NCBI GenBank assembly: GCA_963811105.1
Contig: CAWEPZ010000002.1
Span: forward strand, 544,001 to 608,000
Reading direction: 5' to 3'
Length of the DNA stretch: 64,000 nt
From: Candidatus Bathyarchaeota archaeon
Lineage (GTDB): Archaea > Thermoproteota > Bathyarchaeia > Bathyarchaeales > Bathycorpusculaceae
How positions within the stretch are numbered: position 1 is the first letter of the stretch; every line of letters begins with the position of its first letter. Positions 1 through 10,158 of this stretch are shown piece by piece. The notes beneath the pieces were generated by a model, which was not told the DNA's origin, did not search any database, and worked only from the letters and a program-made list of their open reading frames with translations. Position numbers and translations under genes: made by a program.

Positions 1-150
1 AGGTAATAGAGATAAAAGTCCGAATAGACCCAGACGAACCCATAACAAATTAACGGATAAATTTGGTAATTTCTATATATTCCAACACATAATATCGGGG
101 CAGGGCAGCACACGGTTTTTGTATTTGCTTCGATTAAATGATTTTTTGGG

Positions 151-168
151 GTTTAGGTATACCTAAAC
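151..168. promoter_or_regulatory. DtxR/MntR-family operator (perfect 18-bp palindrome GTTTAGGTATACCTAAAC)
   Basis: Perfect palindrome about 50 bp upstream of a DtxR-family gene; TTAGG..CCTAA half-sites are typical of DtxR/IdeR-type boxes. Confidence 0.8.
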
Positions 169-190
169 TTTATTAGGCGGCGACGTTAAT

Positions 191-206
191 TTTAGGTAAA
201 CCTAAA
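191..206. promoter_or_regulatory. Second DtxR-family operator (TTTAGGTAAACCTAAA)
   Basis: Near-identical copy of the 151-168 palindrome, between the TATA-like TTTATTA and the start codon. Confidence 0.75.
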
Positions 207-219
207 CTATGGTGAAATC

Positions 220-948
220 ATGTCAAACAAAACATTTGAAGATTACCTCAAAGCCATATCGATTCTTTCATCAAACGGCAAAACAGTAAACACAACCGAG
301 ATTTCACGCCATTTCAAAATTTCACCCGCCAGCGTAACGGAAATGCTCAAGAAACTTGCAGAAAAAGAATATATAGCATATTCACCCTACCACGGAAGCA
401 CTCTCACAGCCAAAGGCCTTCAGATCGCGGAGAGAGTAACAAGAAAACACAGACTGCTCGAAAAATTCCTTTATGACGTTTTGAGGATAGGGAAAGACCA
501 TGTTCATGCACAAGCCTGCGAAATGGAACACACCCTATCTGACGAGGCAGAAGAGTCACTTTGCCGCCTTTTAAACCACCCTGACAAATGCCCCGATGAC
601 AATAATATTATTCCTGCATGTAATTTGCCATTCTCAAACTGCGAAGAATGCATACAAATGCACAACAAAGGTTTAGAAGAGGTTGGAAAACGAGAACAGC
701 ACCTAGTTTCGATAAGTAATCTCAAAGAGGGCAAACAGGGTAAAGTTTCCTTTGTAAGGGGCGAGCACAAGACCCTTCAGAGACTATTGGATATGGGTTT
801 AACGCCAGGAACTTGCGTAAAAGTCTTAAGAGTTGCTCCCCTCAGTGGTCCAACCGAGATCGGCATTAGAGGTTCAAAAATAGCGCTCGGACAAGACATT
901 GCTTCAAACGTTTTCATCGAAGTCTCTCAAGAAAAACAAATAGGATGA
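220..948 (+). CDS. DtxR/MntR-family metal-dependent repressor with C-terminal FeoA domain
   Basis: EDYLKAI, wHTH ISPASVTEMLKKL, RKHRLLE, ACEMEH; C-terminal FeoA signature RLLDMGLTPG...APLSGP. Confidence 0.93.
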   Translation: MSNKTFEDYLKAISILSSNGKTVNTTEISRHFKISPASVTEMLKKLAEKEYIAYSPYHGSTLTAKGLQIAERVTRKHRLLEKFLYDVLRIGKDHVHAQACEMEHTLSDEAEESLCRLLNHPDKCPDDNNIIPACNLPFSNCEECIQMHNKGLEEVGKREQHLVSISNLKEGKQGKVSFVRGEHKTLQRLLDMGLTPGTCVKVLRVAPLSGPTEIGIRGSKIALGQDIASNVFIEVSQEKQIG

Positions 949-957
949 TCATTCGAA

Positions 958-2934
958 ATGGAAGCCCGCCTGGACATAAAAGGAGAAAACCAAGCACCCC
1001 TCGGGAGCAGGAACTTGGTTTTCGCCTTGGCCGGCAATGCCAATGTGGGCAAAAGCGTATTGTTTAATCACCTGACAGGGTCTAGTCAAATCATCGGTAA
1101 CTGGCCTGGAAAAACCATAGAAAGGGCACAAGGCACACTTGAGTTTGAAGGCCAGAAAATCATAGTCGTAGATTTGCCCGGAATCTATTCGTTCTCCACT
1201 TTTTCGATGGAAGAAATTGTATCACGCGAATACATAGCTCTTGAGCATCCTGATGTTGTCATTAACGTTGTAGATGCCGCTATTCTTGAGCGCAACTTGT
1301 TTTTTACCATTCAATTAATGGAGATGGAAATCCCGCTCGTTTTATGCCTCAACCAGTTAGATGCAGCCAAAAAGAAAGGCATAACTATCGACTTGAAGAA
1401 GTTAGAACAAACTTTAGGCGTACCAGTTGTTCCCACAGTGGCCATAAGAGGAGAAGGAATTTACGAACTCACCAAAAAAGCAGTTGAAATGGCCAAGCGA
1501 AAAGGTTCCAAGAAACCAAAACCAGTTACATACGGGAGCGAAATAGAAGAAAAAATACAAAAGCTCACCTCATTAATTCAATCAAAAAAGATAGCCCCCC
1601 AATACCCGCCTCGATGGGTAGCAGTCAAACTCCTAGAGAACGATCCGGAAATCAAAAAACTCGCAAGCTCCAAATCCCAAGATATTTTGCGTGAAGTGGA
1701 TGCTGCTGGGGAAGAGATTTTTCAGATCCACAAAGAACAAGCCTTCGCTGTAATAGCCTCTGAAAGGTACGCTCTTGCAAGCAAGATTGCCAATGAAACC
1801 CAGAAACAGGCAATCATGAAAACTACACTTTCAGATAAGCTGGAATGGGTTACTACTCATCGAGTGCTCGGGTATTTTACTTCGGTTGGTGTGATAGCGG
1901 GTTTGCTCTTGTGGACCTTTACTATTGGGAACCTACTTTCGACGCTCCTTTCAGATGCATTGAAAATAATTTCACCAGTAAATCCAGCCTTGAACGGTTC
2001 TATTTGGGGGGTTCTTTGGAATGGAATTTTCGGTGGCATAGTAGCAGGCATCACGCTAATCATCCCTTACGTAATACCGTTTTATCTGATGCTTTCAATG
2101 ATTGAGGATTCAGGCGTCCTTACCAGAGTAGCATTCATGATGGACAGCGCCATGCACAAAATAGGCTTGCATGGAAAAGCCCTCATCCCACTTATACTAG
2201 GTTTTGGATGCAACGTTCCAGCCATACGTTCTTGTCGAATAATGGAAACCAAACGCGAACGTCTACTCGCCGCTTTCGCCATCACATTTGCCCCATGCGC
2301 GGCCAGAACAATCCTCATACTAGGGCTGGTTGCAGCGTTCTTGGGTCCAGTCTGGGCGCTTGCACTCTATGCAATAGACATCGCAATCATATTCATTATG
2401 GGTAGAGTGGCGCTAAAAGTCGTGCCAGGGCAGTCAACAGGATTGATAATGGAGATGCATTCTTTCAAAGTTCCATCCCTCTCAGTTATAGGTAAACAGA
2501 CTTGGGTGCGAACAAAATCTCTCATCTACATTGTGTTCCCTATTTACATTGTTGGAAGCGCGCTTATCCAGGTGTTTTATGCGCTAGGTGTTCTTGAACC
2601 AGTAAGCAGTGCCATTTCACCGCTGACTGTTGGCTGGCTGGGATTGCCAGTTACTGTGGGGATATTGCTCTTGTTTGGGATCGTGAGAAAAGAATTTATA
2701 TTGCTAGGGGCAGTTGCCATTTTCGGTTCAACAAACCTTCTGCTGTTCCTTACACCTGTTCAGCTCATAACGCTGGCTTTGGTAGGCATTCTTTATTTGC
2801 CTTGTCTTTCCACAATATCGGTTCTAGCAAAGGATTTCGGCTGGAAAGCCGCCGTTACAATTTCCCTAGCAAATTTTGCCACTGCCCTAATCGTAGGAGG
2901 ATTGGCGTTCAGAATTCTTTCTCTTCTAATGTAG
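958..2934 (+). CDS. feoB: Ferrous iron transporter FeoB
   Basis: G1 [26 protein letters not shown]; membrane gate motifs GFGCNVPA and PCAART. Confidence 0.96.
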   Translation: MEARLDIKGENQAPLGSRNLVFALAGNANVGKSVLFNHLTGSSQIIGNWPGKTIERAQGTLEFEGQKIIVVDLPGIYSFSTFSMEEIVSREYIALEHPDVVINVVDAAILERNLFFTIQLMEMEIPLVLCLNQLDAAKKKGITIDLKKLEQTLGVPVVPTVAIRGEGIYELTKKAVEMAKRKGSKKPKPVTYGSEIEEKIQKLTSLIQSKKIAPQYPPRWVAVKLLENDPEIKKLASSKSQDILREVDAAGEEIFQIHKEQAFAVIASERYALASKIANETQKQAIMKTTLSDKLEWVTTHRVLGYFTSVGVIAGLLLWTFTIGNLLSTLLSDALKIISPVNPALNGSIWGVLWNGIFGGIVAGITLIIPYVIPFYLMLSMIEDSGVLTRVAFMMDSAMHKIGLHGKALIPLILGFGCNVPAIRSCRIMETKRERLLAAFAITFAPCAARTILILGLVAAFLGPVWALALYAIDIAIIFIMGRVALKVVPGQSTGLIMEMHSFKVPSLSVIGKQTWVRTKSLIYIVFPIYIVGSALIQVFYALGVLEPVSSAISPLTVGWLGLPVTVGILLLFGIVRKEFILLGAVAIFGSTNLLLFLTPVQLITLALVGILYLPCLSTISVLAKDFGWKAAVTISLANFATALIVGGLAFRILSLLM

Positions 2935-2945
2935 CGCGTGTTGTG

Positions 2946-3380
2946 TTAGAGTGGACTTGGTTTTTGTCTAGTATATATTTCTATCACGTAGTTGTCTGGG
3001 TCGCAGAATGACACTGCGTGGTAACCTGGCTCAAATTGAGGATGCTCTTCACATGGAAAGAGGGGTTCGAATCCGTTCTTCTTCATTTCTTCCTCGATCT
3101 CATAGACAGTTTTCTTGTCTTGAACGAGTACTGCCAAATGGTCAGTGACGACGAACTCTTCTCCAGTCGGAGCTTTCCGCTTAACTCTTGATTCATTCAA
3201 CTCTCCCAACCATATTGAGAAATTCTGGTTGGAGAATCCTACTCCATCTTCATTGTCTATAATAACCTTGAAGCCAAGTCCTTCAAGCAGAGTCTTATAA
3301 AACTTCTTTGAATTACTCAAATTCGAAGCTTCAATTCCCACGTGACCAACTATCGCGCCAGCTTGCTTGTCTGAAATCAT
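2946..3380 (-). CDS. VOC (glyoxalase/bleomycin resistance) family protein
   Basis: N-terminal GHVGI..S..FY; DHLAV; C-terminal FCDPDNYVIE. Confidence 0.85.
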   Translation of the reverse strand: MISDKQAGAIVGHVGIEASNLSNSKKFYKTLLEGLGFKVIIDNEDGVGFSNQNFSIWLGELNESRVKRKAPTGEEFVVTDHLAVLVQDKKTVYEIEEEMKKNGFEPLFPCEEHPQFEPGYHAVSFCDPDNYVIEIYTRQKPSPL

Positions 3381-3967
3381 ATCATCATACCAAGACTTCT
3401 TTTCTTCTTTCTCAGATAAATATTCTTCTCATAGTCAGTAGATGGAAAAGTAGTTTTAGGTTTTGATGTTTTGTTAGTTTTCTAATTCGGGCACACATGA
3501 AAAGGTGCCACTCTGAGCAAGGTGTTTCATTGAGCAGTTTTATATTTTCAAGATCACTGTACAAAAGAATTTGGCGGAGTTTAAGGTCTGATCTACCCGG
3601 ATCGGTTCTTCGAATGCATCCAAGAATGCTTAGTGTCAAGGTGGCCCTAACCCGCCAATAACAAAGTCTTCAAAGTGCACAGCCAACCTAGTCAGCTTCA
3701 ACAGCGGCTTAACAAAACAACTTTTTAACACTCTGCAAAGCAGCAAGTTAGCGTAGTTCCAAACATTATAGAAAAGCACCCAAGCCAAATGGTAAAGCAA
3801 CCTAAATTTTTGTTAGGAATAAGATCAAAAAATATGATGTTAGACAATAACTACTCTTCGCAACTAAAAGAAAATACTAGAATAATCAATGAAATCAGAA
3901 GCAGTCTTAGCCGAAAACGCAGCCATCAGTCAAAACACGAAATCGCCTGAGTTACAAATTGCGGAAT

Positions 3968-5092
3968 TTATCTTAGTCTCGTGCTATGTTTTCTAATAAC
4001 AAACGCCACGGCAACCGCTACAATAACAACTACAACTATTACTATCGCGATGTACAATGCTGATGAAGTTGGTGAAGACGGCAAATGTTCTCCATAGCCT
4101 GACGGAAAATACTGCTCATTTGCAGCAGTAGTGCCGGCTTGAGGGTTAGGAAAATTGTCCGTGCCGCCTAAAGCATATAGAGTGTCATTTACAACCGCTA
4201 CAGACAAGGCTCCACGAGTAGTTGGCATTGAAGCGCCAATGGTCCAGCTGTTCGATTGCGGATCATAAATCCGGTTTGTTGTGTTAACGGCATTAATTCC
4301 ATCGGACGTCCCGCCTAAAACATAGAGCCGTGCAGGCGCAACAACTCCGTTGGTTGAAGCCGCAGCTGCCCATACAAGAGGAGCAGGAAGAGGCTCACCT
4401 AAAGTCCACACGTTAGTGTTAGTATCATAAATCTGATTTAGGTCACTTATCTTCGGTCCGCTTTGTCCTCCACCCTCCACGTATATCTTGTTGTTGACAA
4501 CTGCCGAAGCATACAGACCGACAGGGTAAGGAATAGGCGCTGCCGCACTCCAAGAATCCTTAGATGGATCATAGACCTCGGTAGCGTTTGAAATATCGCC
4601 GTTGGGAAGTGTGCCGCCTATGAGGTAGATTTTGCCATTCACCACGTTAGCTTGCATTTCCGCTCGGGCCGTAGGCATGGGTGCTCGATTCTTCCAGGTG
4701 TCTGTTGCTGGATTAAACACTTCATTTTTTTGAGTACAATTGATTGGGTATCCAGATGTTGGGTTGAAGCCGCTGCATCCGCCAAAGACGTAGATCATGT
4801 TTTGGTAAGTGGCAGATGCAAAACCATATTGCACGGTTGGCATTGAACTTTTGGTTGCCCATGTGTCGGTGGACGGATCATATAAATAAGTGGAATTAGG
4901 GACGATAACGTATATTTCTCCTTCCACCGTTACTGCTCCGGCATATGCAGATGCTGTTGGCATAGGCGCTTTTTCAACCCAGAAATCACCCGCGGCTTTA
5001 GCAGGCTGCATTGAAACGGTAGGTAACAACACAAGGACCACAACAATCAGCGCAGACAACAGCGCCTTTTTGTTAGTTAACGAAAACCACAA
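3968..5092 (-). CDS. Membrane-anchored Kelch-repeat (beta-propeller) surface protein
   Basis: Signal-like N-terminus; repeated IYxxGG...YDP..W...MPT.R units; C-terminal TM helix with basic tail. Confidence 0.9.
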   Translation of the reverse strand: MWFSLTNKKALLSALIVVVLVLLPTVSMQPAKAAGDFWVEKAPMPTASAYAGAVTVEGEIYVIVPNSTYLYDPSTDTWATKSSMPTVQYGFASATYQNMIYVFGGCSGFNPTSGYPINCTQKNEVFNPATDTWKNRAPMPTARAEMQANVVNGKIYLIGGTLPNGDISNATEVYDPSKDSWSAAAPIPYPVGLYASAVVNNKIYVEGGGQSGPKISDLNQIYDTNTNVWTLGEPLPAPLVWAAAASTNGVVAPARLYVLGGTSDGINAVNTTNRIYDPQSNSWTIGASMPTTRGALSVAVVNDTLYALGGTDNFPNPQAGTTAANEQYFPSGYGEHLPSSPTSSALYIAIVIVVVVIVAVAVAFVIRKHSTRLR

Positions 5093-5232
5093 TTACGCTA
5101 ACGCCTCTTTTCCTACGTATAATACAATATGCAAGTCTATATTAGCTCTCTTCTGTTGTAGTGTGCCGGCAGCAAAAACTAAAAAGCCAACCACACATAT
5201 TAAAAATTACAATACTGAACAGTTTGTGAGAG

Positions 5233-5400
5233 ATGTTTATGGCAACTTACAATGAGATTCAACTCTATGTTGAAAGCACGTATAGCTTTGCACCGCAAAC
5301 TGCTTGGATTGCTGAAATCAAAGAGCTCTCTCATATCCTTCGTAGTAGCCATTGGACCTATTTTTTTTACCAAAACTTTCATGCTGTTTGGCCAAATAAC
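5233..5400. pseudogene. Two convergent N-terminal gene fragments (MATYNEIQ...WIAEIKEL on +; MKVLVKKIGPMATTKDM on -)
   Basis: Protein-like N-termini that both turn into nonsense sequence near 5332. Confidence 0.35.
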
Positions 5401-5920
5401 CATGCAGTTAAGGGTCCATTCCGTCCGCTCCCCATAGCAATACTATCAAGAAAATAGTTAGTAGCCCTTAATCATGGCCGCCTCTAAAATACGAGCCATC
5501 ACCCTTCTATCGCAATTTACTTTTTGAATTGTTGGTTTGATTACATTTTAATCCAAACTCGATCGAAAAAACAAAATCTTTGTTGTTTTAAGGTTAGCAA
5601 AGTAAAGTAATGCTAAGTCACGCTTAGGCAACCGAAGTCCACAAATGGCGGCAGAACTTACTTCTTTTCGTGAACTAATATGTAAAATTCAAAGTCCCCT
5701 CTCTAGCAGCGTATTATTCGCGGATAGTTCGTGTCTTGGGCTTAACCAACTTAAAACACTCTGTATCCAGAGAAACAGATAGGATTCAATAGCCGTGTTT
5801 TTTTTGTTGAAAGATTCCCTTTAGAATGTTGTCAATGTGTTTCTTGTGCTTTAGTCGTCGATACTAAGTATTCTGGAACGGTTATCCCGTCTTTTTTATT
5901 TTTCTCACGGAAAAGAAATT

Positions 5921-6310
5921 CTAGCAGTATCCACCGTTGGCTGATGGCAGCAGTTTATATTCTATTTTTTCCATAATCATTTTGGTTAAGAAACTGCATA
6001 AATGCTGTAGGTCTTCCGTTCTTGCGCCCAACATCGAGTCTGAGTGCCAGATTACCTCTTTGACTAAGCTGCCGTTTTGAATCCTAAGATAGTAATCGGA
6101 TCGCGGAGTTACTACCCCCATTGACGGGAAGGTTTCTGGGTAGTCAAAAAAGCGTATGTCAGAAAGCCTCTTTTGTATCTGGCTCAGTTCTTCCTGCGAC
6201 AAGATCAGCCTTGTTGTGATCGTTCCGTCAATAATCAAGTCTTTTGTGAACGTGCCATTGAAGGTGTTTAATTCGTTTCTTGCTCCGACGCCAAATTTGA
6301 AAACAACGTT
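5921..6310 (-). pseudogene. 5'-truncated hypothetical protein (NVVFKFGVGARNELNTFNGTFTKDLIIDG...)
   Basis: The frame continues upstream of the annotated start to ~6310, then meets an in-frame stop 9 codons further, with no start codon or signal region. Confidence 0.55.
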
Positions 6311-6976
6311 CTCAAGAAATACAATTTTGAAACATCAAGAAACCTCTTTGGCATTAGTCAAATTGACAATGTTAAATTTGAAAACCTGATGGTTACAAGA
6401 CGAAAATTAATGGCGATAGAAGCTCACAACTCAAAAGGCTACTTCTCGCAAATCTTTAGCATATTCCCAGAAAAGCTAAGACCTCAAACAAGAGAAACTT
6501 TCAACGCTTACGATGGATTGAATAATGTTTTCAATTTTGCTTATTACATTCTAGAATGCAGAGTCCACAAGGCTTTATTGAAAGCTAAGCTTGAGCCATA
6601 CTTGGGTTTTCTACATTCGGTTCAACATGGCAAACCCAGTTTAGTATGTGACTTTCAGGAACTCTATCGCTATTTGATTGATGAATACTTGATTGAACGC
6701 TCTCACAAATTACGTAAGAAAGACTTTGTTCTTGTAACCGATTTTATGATGCATCTAAAGATGGGGAAAAAGATTCATCTTTGCGAGTTTGAAGCTGACA
6801 GTCTTGCTGAAGGTTTGAATAGTCTTTTTGAACGCAATGTTGAGGTTGCACGAATCAAACATGGAGATAGGCAGACGATTGATACATTGATAGGTGAAGA
6901 GACTCTGCTGTTTGCGAAGTATCTAAGAGACGAGCGAAAGAATGGGTTCCAAGATTACCACAAATATAGACCTTAA
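6305..6976 (+). pseudogene. cas1: Truncated solo Cas1 (C-terminal catalytic helical domain only)
   Basis: LMAIEA..YF, NNVFNFAY, LEPYLGFLH...KPSLVCDFQELYR are Cas1 catalytic-domain motifs; the frame is open from 6305; the N-terminal beta domain is absent; a 1-nt deletion near 6941 shifts the ...WVPRLPQI* end. Confidence 0.85.
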
Positions 6977-7100
6977 AACTTCTTTGCCAACCTGTGCGAG
7001 TAACTTTTATAAAGATACCAACGGGCATAAATGTTTAAGTTAGCAATAGCGCGCTAGACTAATATAATTCAGTGAAATCGATGAAAGGAGATATCAGATA

Positions 7101-8219
7101 ATGGTCTTTTTCGCTAATTTAACTCCTGAGCAGATTAAACAACTAACAGTTGCAATAAATAGACCCGAAGGGAGTTTCGTATTTGATGTAGTCTATGATT
7201 CAAAGCTTTTTGATAAAAATATGGATAAATTGATACTTTTAGATTTCCCATCAGGAAAATTGGTCTTCAGATTAGTAAGGGAAAGTAACTTAGATGTTAC
7301 TTTCATTTATTCTTCACCTAGTACTGGAACTAGAATAGCAACCGTCAATATAGAATCGTTAAAATTAGAAAAAAAATTCAAGATAATATTCACCTGGTCT
7401 CCTGAGAATATCAGTCTAGCTTTTGGTGTTATGGGAAAAAAGCCCTTTATGAGTGAGGGATGGCAAAAAGCTGATTATGACCTTATGGTTGATAAAAATG
7501 GACAAGTCGTTCAAGTTGGAGATAAAGGTATTGATATATCGGGTGTTTTTTTTGTACAAAATGGAAAAACGGTCTTAGAAAGCACGGCAATCAAAACATG
7601 GGATGAAACACTAAATGCCATTAAAGTTTTGCAAAAAGGTACTTCTCCTGATGGTTACTTGTTTGAGTCAATACTGTCTAATCAGTTAATCAGTTTACTT
7701 TGCACTAGCTTGGAGATTTATTGCAGAAAACGGTTTATAGAGTTAATAGGCGAGGGAATTAAGCCAGAATATCGCGAGCTTGAAAAAGTCTTTCTGACTA
7801 ATTTTGAAAAAAATCAAGGGATGATGAAAAGTTATTCAGAGGAAGCCCAAAAGAATGGAGAAACAATTGCCGAGCAGTTGATAAAAAACCGAAAAATAGA
7901 CTTTGGCAATTATCAAGACCTCAAAGATGCATACTCTAAAGGTTATGGTCTTAAATTTCCAGATGATGTTGGGGTTGACGGAAAGACAATTAACTCAATT
8001 ATTGAGTTCATAGGTTATCGCCATCGAATTATCCATGTCGCCCCATGTAACCCTTTCTTGAACCAAATAGAGGTTCCCCCGAAGAAACCTGTTTTCGCTA
8101 ACAAAGCGACAGTTGATTTAGCGGTTAAGAACTTCGATGCGTTTATCAGGGGTCTTCATGCTGCAACATTAGAACTTAGACCAAAAGATGCCTCATCACC
8201 CAATGTAACGCGGCTATAG
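7101..8219 (+). CDS. Hypothetical protein: N-terminal beta-sandwich (ConA/LamG-like) plus C-terminal HEPN-like domain
   Basis: AT-rich intact ORF with GGAG SD; beta-rich N-half; helical C-half with TSLEIY and RxxxxH (RHRIIH). Confidence 0.6.
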   Translation: MVFFANLTPEQIKQLTVAINRPEGSFVFDVVYDSKLFDKNMDKLILLDFPSGKLVFRLVRESNLDVTFIYSSPSTGTRIATVNIESLKLEKKFKIIFTWSPENISLAFGVMGKKPFMSEGWQKADYDLMVDKNGQVVQVGDKGIDISGVFFVQNGKTVLESTAIKTWDETLNAIKVLQKGTSPDGYLFESILSNQLISLLCTSLEIYCRKRFIELIGEGIKPEYRELEKVFLTNFEKNQGMMKSYSEEAQKNGETIAEQLIKNRKIDFGNYQDLKDAYSKGYGLKFPDDVGVDGKTINSIIEFIGYRHRIIHVAPCNPFLNQIEVPPKKPVFANKATVDLAVKNFDAFIRGLHAATLELRPKDASSPNVTRL

Positions 8220-8326
8220 CTCGCGCTAATAATCACAAAATGCATAGAACACAGATAAGCGCAAGGTCAAAGGGGTAAAATCTGTTCTTGTGTGTGTTTT
8301 TCTGGCAATTGTCTAATGGATTGAGA

Positions 8327-8470
8327 GTCAGTGTGGCAGATATATTGACAGAATGTCAGTGAGACTGACTGAGAGTGTCTGACAGGAAGACAGAGGTTGA
8401 CTGGCAGACAGAGTGACAGGGTACGCGCGCGTGTGTGCGCGGGTGGGAGTACGTTTGAGAGAGAGAAAGA
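8327..8470. repeat. Cluster of GAC(A/T)G short repeats followed by a GC/GT-rich tract bounded by GTACG
   Basis: GACWG at 8347, 8363, 8367, 8381, 8389, 8399, 8407, 8415; then GTACGCGCGCGTGTGTGCGCGGGTGGGAGTACG and a (GA)n run. Confidence 0.6.
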
Positions 8471-8588
8471 ATAGATTTTAATTAAAAAAAATTAACGACT
8501 GAGGTGCTCATAGTCAAAAGTAATATTCAATCTACAATACTCTCTTTTTTGGATTAAAATTTGATTAAAAAAGGGAAGGGTTGGATTG

Positions 8589-8942
8589 TTAAGTTGTGCC
8601 TGTGGTGGTGTCTTCTTTGAATTGTATTTTGATGCCGCCAATTCTGGGTGCGAGGAAGTTGTAGACTACTGCAACGATTAAGCCTTGGATCAATCCGCCG
8701 ATGAATGCCATTATTGGGACTATTATGATTGCAGCAACACCAAAGATGAGACCGAAAAAGCCAGGAATAGCAGTTGTAGTGCCTGTTGTTGAGGGAAGAT
8801 TATTTAGGATTGAGGAAAATATTGCTCCAAAGATTGCTGCGTAAAAGATGCCGACAATTAGTCCTATTACTGCCCCGATACACGCTAGCATTAATGCAAA
8901 GGGCATGACGGGGATTTTTTGTATTGTTTTTTCTATTGCCAT
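8589..8942 (-). CDS. Small two-helix membrane protein (DUF3566-like)
   Basis: Likely start MAIEKTIQKI at 8942; two TM helices; C-terminal YNFLAPRIGGIKI. Confidence 0.7.
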   Translation of the reverse strand: MAIEKTIQKIPVMPFALMLACIGAVIGLIVGIFYAAIFGAIFSSILNNLPSTTGTTTAIPGFFGLIFGVAAIIIVPIMAFIGGLIQGLIVAVVYNFLAPRIGGIKIQFKEDTTTGTT

Positions 8943-9132
8943 AGATCTAACCTTCTTAACAGTTTGTCGGTGTCCAAATTTAAGATTTGGCATTTATCTG
9001 ATCTATTGTTCGGTAAAGCTTCGTTATTTCTTTGCCAAGTTTCTTAATCAAGATAATGCATATCAAACGCTAAGTGTCTATGTTGGCGCTTACGATCCGT
9101 AACTATTCTGATAAGCGGCTCCGAATGCTTCT

Positions 9133-9739
9133 TTGCCTCACCCACGCCTTACTAAAAGCGAACAAGGCATAAAACCTAAATGTGGAAAAAAGGTTTTAAA
9201 TCCTGAAAAAACATTGATAAACATTGTTTTCTCAGCTGTTATCAGCTTGGATTCAAGCTTTGGTTATCTGCCCTCTAAAGCTGAAGATTTGAAAAGCTTT
9301 CACGAAATCTCACGGATTTTAGCAACTAACGGAATTTGCTTATTTGACTTTTTCAATGAACCTTATCTTGACGAGCACCAATCAGCCTGGCTAAGCTTTA
9401 AAATCTCAGAGATCTATTTTAAATTTCAACATTTCCGAGAAATTTACTCGCTTGTTTCAGTGGAGAGAATATTCAACCTTCTATCTGCACGAAAAAAATA
9501 GGGCAAACAGCCAAAGACAGATCTGGAGTTTGTTTTGGGTTTTTTGCGATAAGAAAAATGGGGTTATAAGAACATTTTATCACTTTCTACTACTATATAA
9601 CTTGCTTCAGATTCGAACGTTAATGCAAAAAGCAGGGCTACAAGTAACCGCAACCTTTGGCAATTTTAATGGCGACAACTATAACAGAGATTCTAGAAGG
9701 TTAATCCTAAAGGCATGCAAGGTCTTACCGTTCGTATAA
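9133..9739 (+). pseudogene. Degraded class I SAM-dependent methyltransferase
   Basis: FSAVISLDSSFGY..L..ISRIL and AGLQVTATFGNF..SRRLI lie in two frames; the N-terminal motif I is missing. Confidence 0.6.
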
Positions 9740-10158
9740 GTACAGTATACATGAACCTGTAGCGCCTAACGAGTGTAACATCACGTAAACACATATGCTT
9801 AAACCATTTAAAACTCTTAATTGTTGTTTGCCAAATCATTTGAATCTTCAAATCATGTGATAGCTTTATGTGATTGTGTACAAGCACCAACTCTGCCCAC
9901 GGACAGCAAAAATGTCTTTCACACAAACCAAACCCACACCCCTCTGTCACAAACACCTCTCCGAAGTGAATCAGGCAGAATAGATTAACTCACAAAGAGA
10001 GTGGCGAGTAATAATTTGGCAATACTCATCCATTCAAGAACCTTGAAGAGTTTACTCTAACTTTTTCTTAAAGCATGAGTTCCACGTGCAGTACAATTTC
10101 TCGCCGTTAACCTTAACTTAGAATGTGCAGTATTCTAGGTTCAACGAGAAGATGTTTT

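Noticed and set aside
3064-3074. GGTTCGAATCC as a tRNA T-arm or second att site of the tRNA-Gln element
   Set aside because: It lies inside the VOC coding sequence, has no cloverleaf, and its flanks do not match tRNA-Gln
5459-5467. AGTAGCCC match to the tRNA-Gln 3' boundary as attR
   Set aside because: Only about 8 nt; expected by chance
5400-8600. CRISPR array near cas1
   Set aside because: No regularly spaced 24-47 bp direct repeats seen; the GACWG tract is irregular and has no spacers
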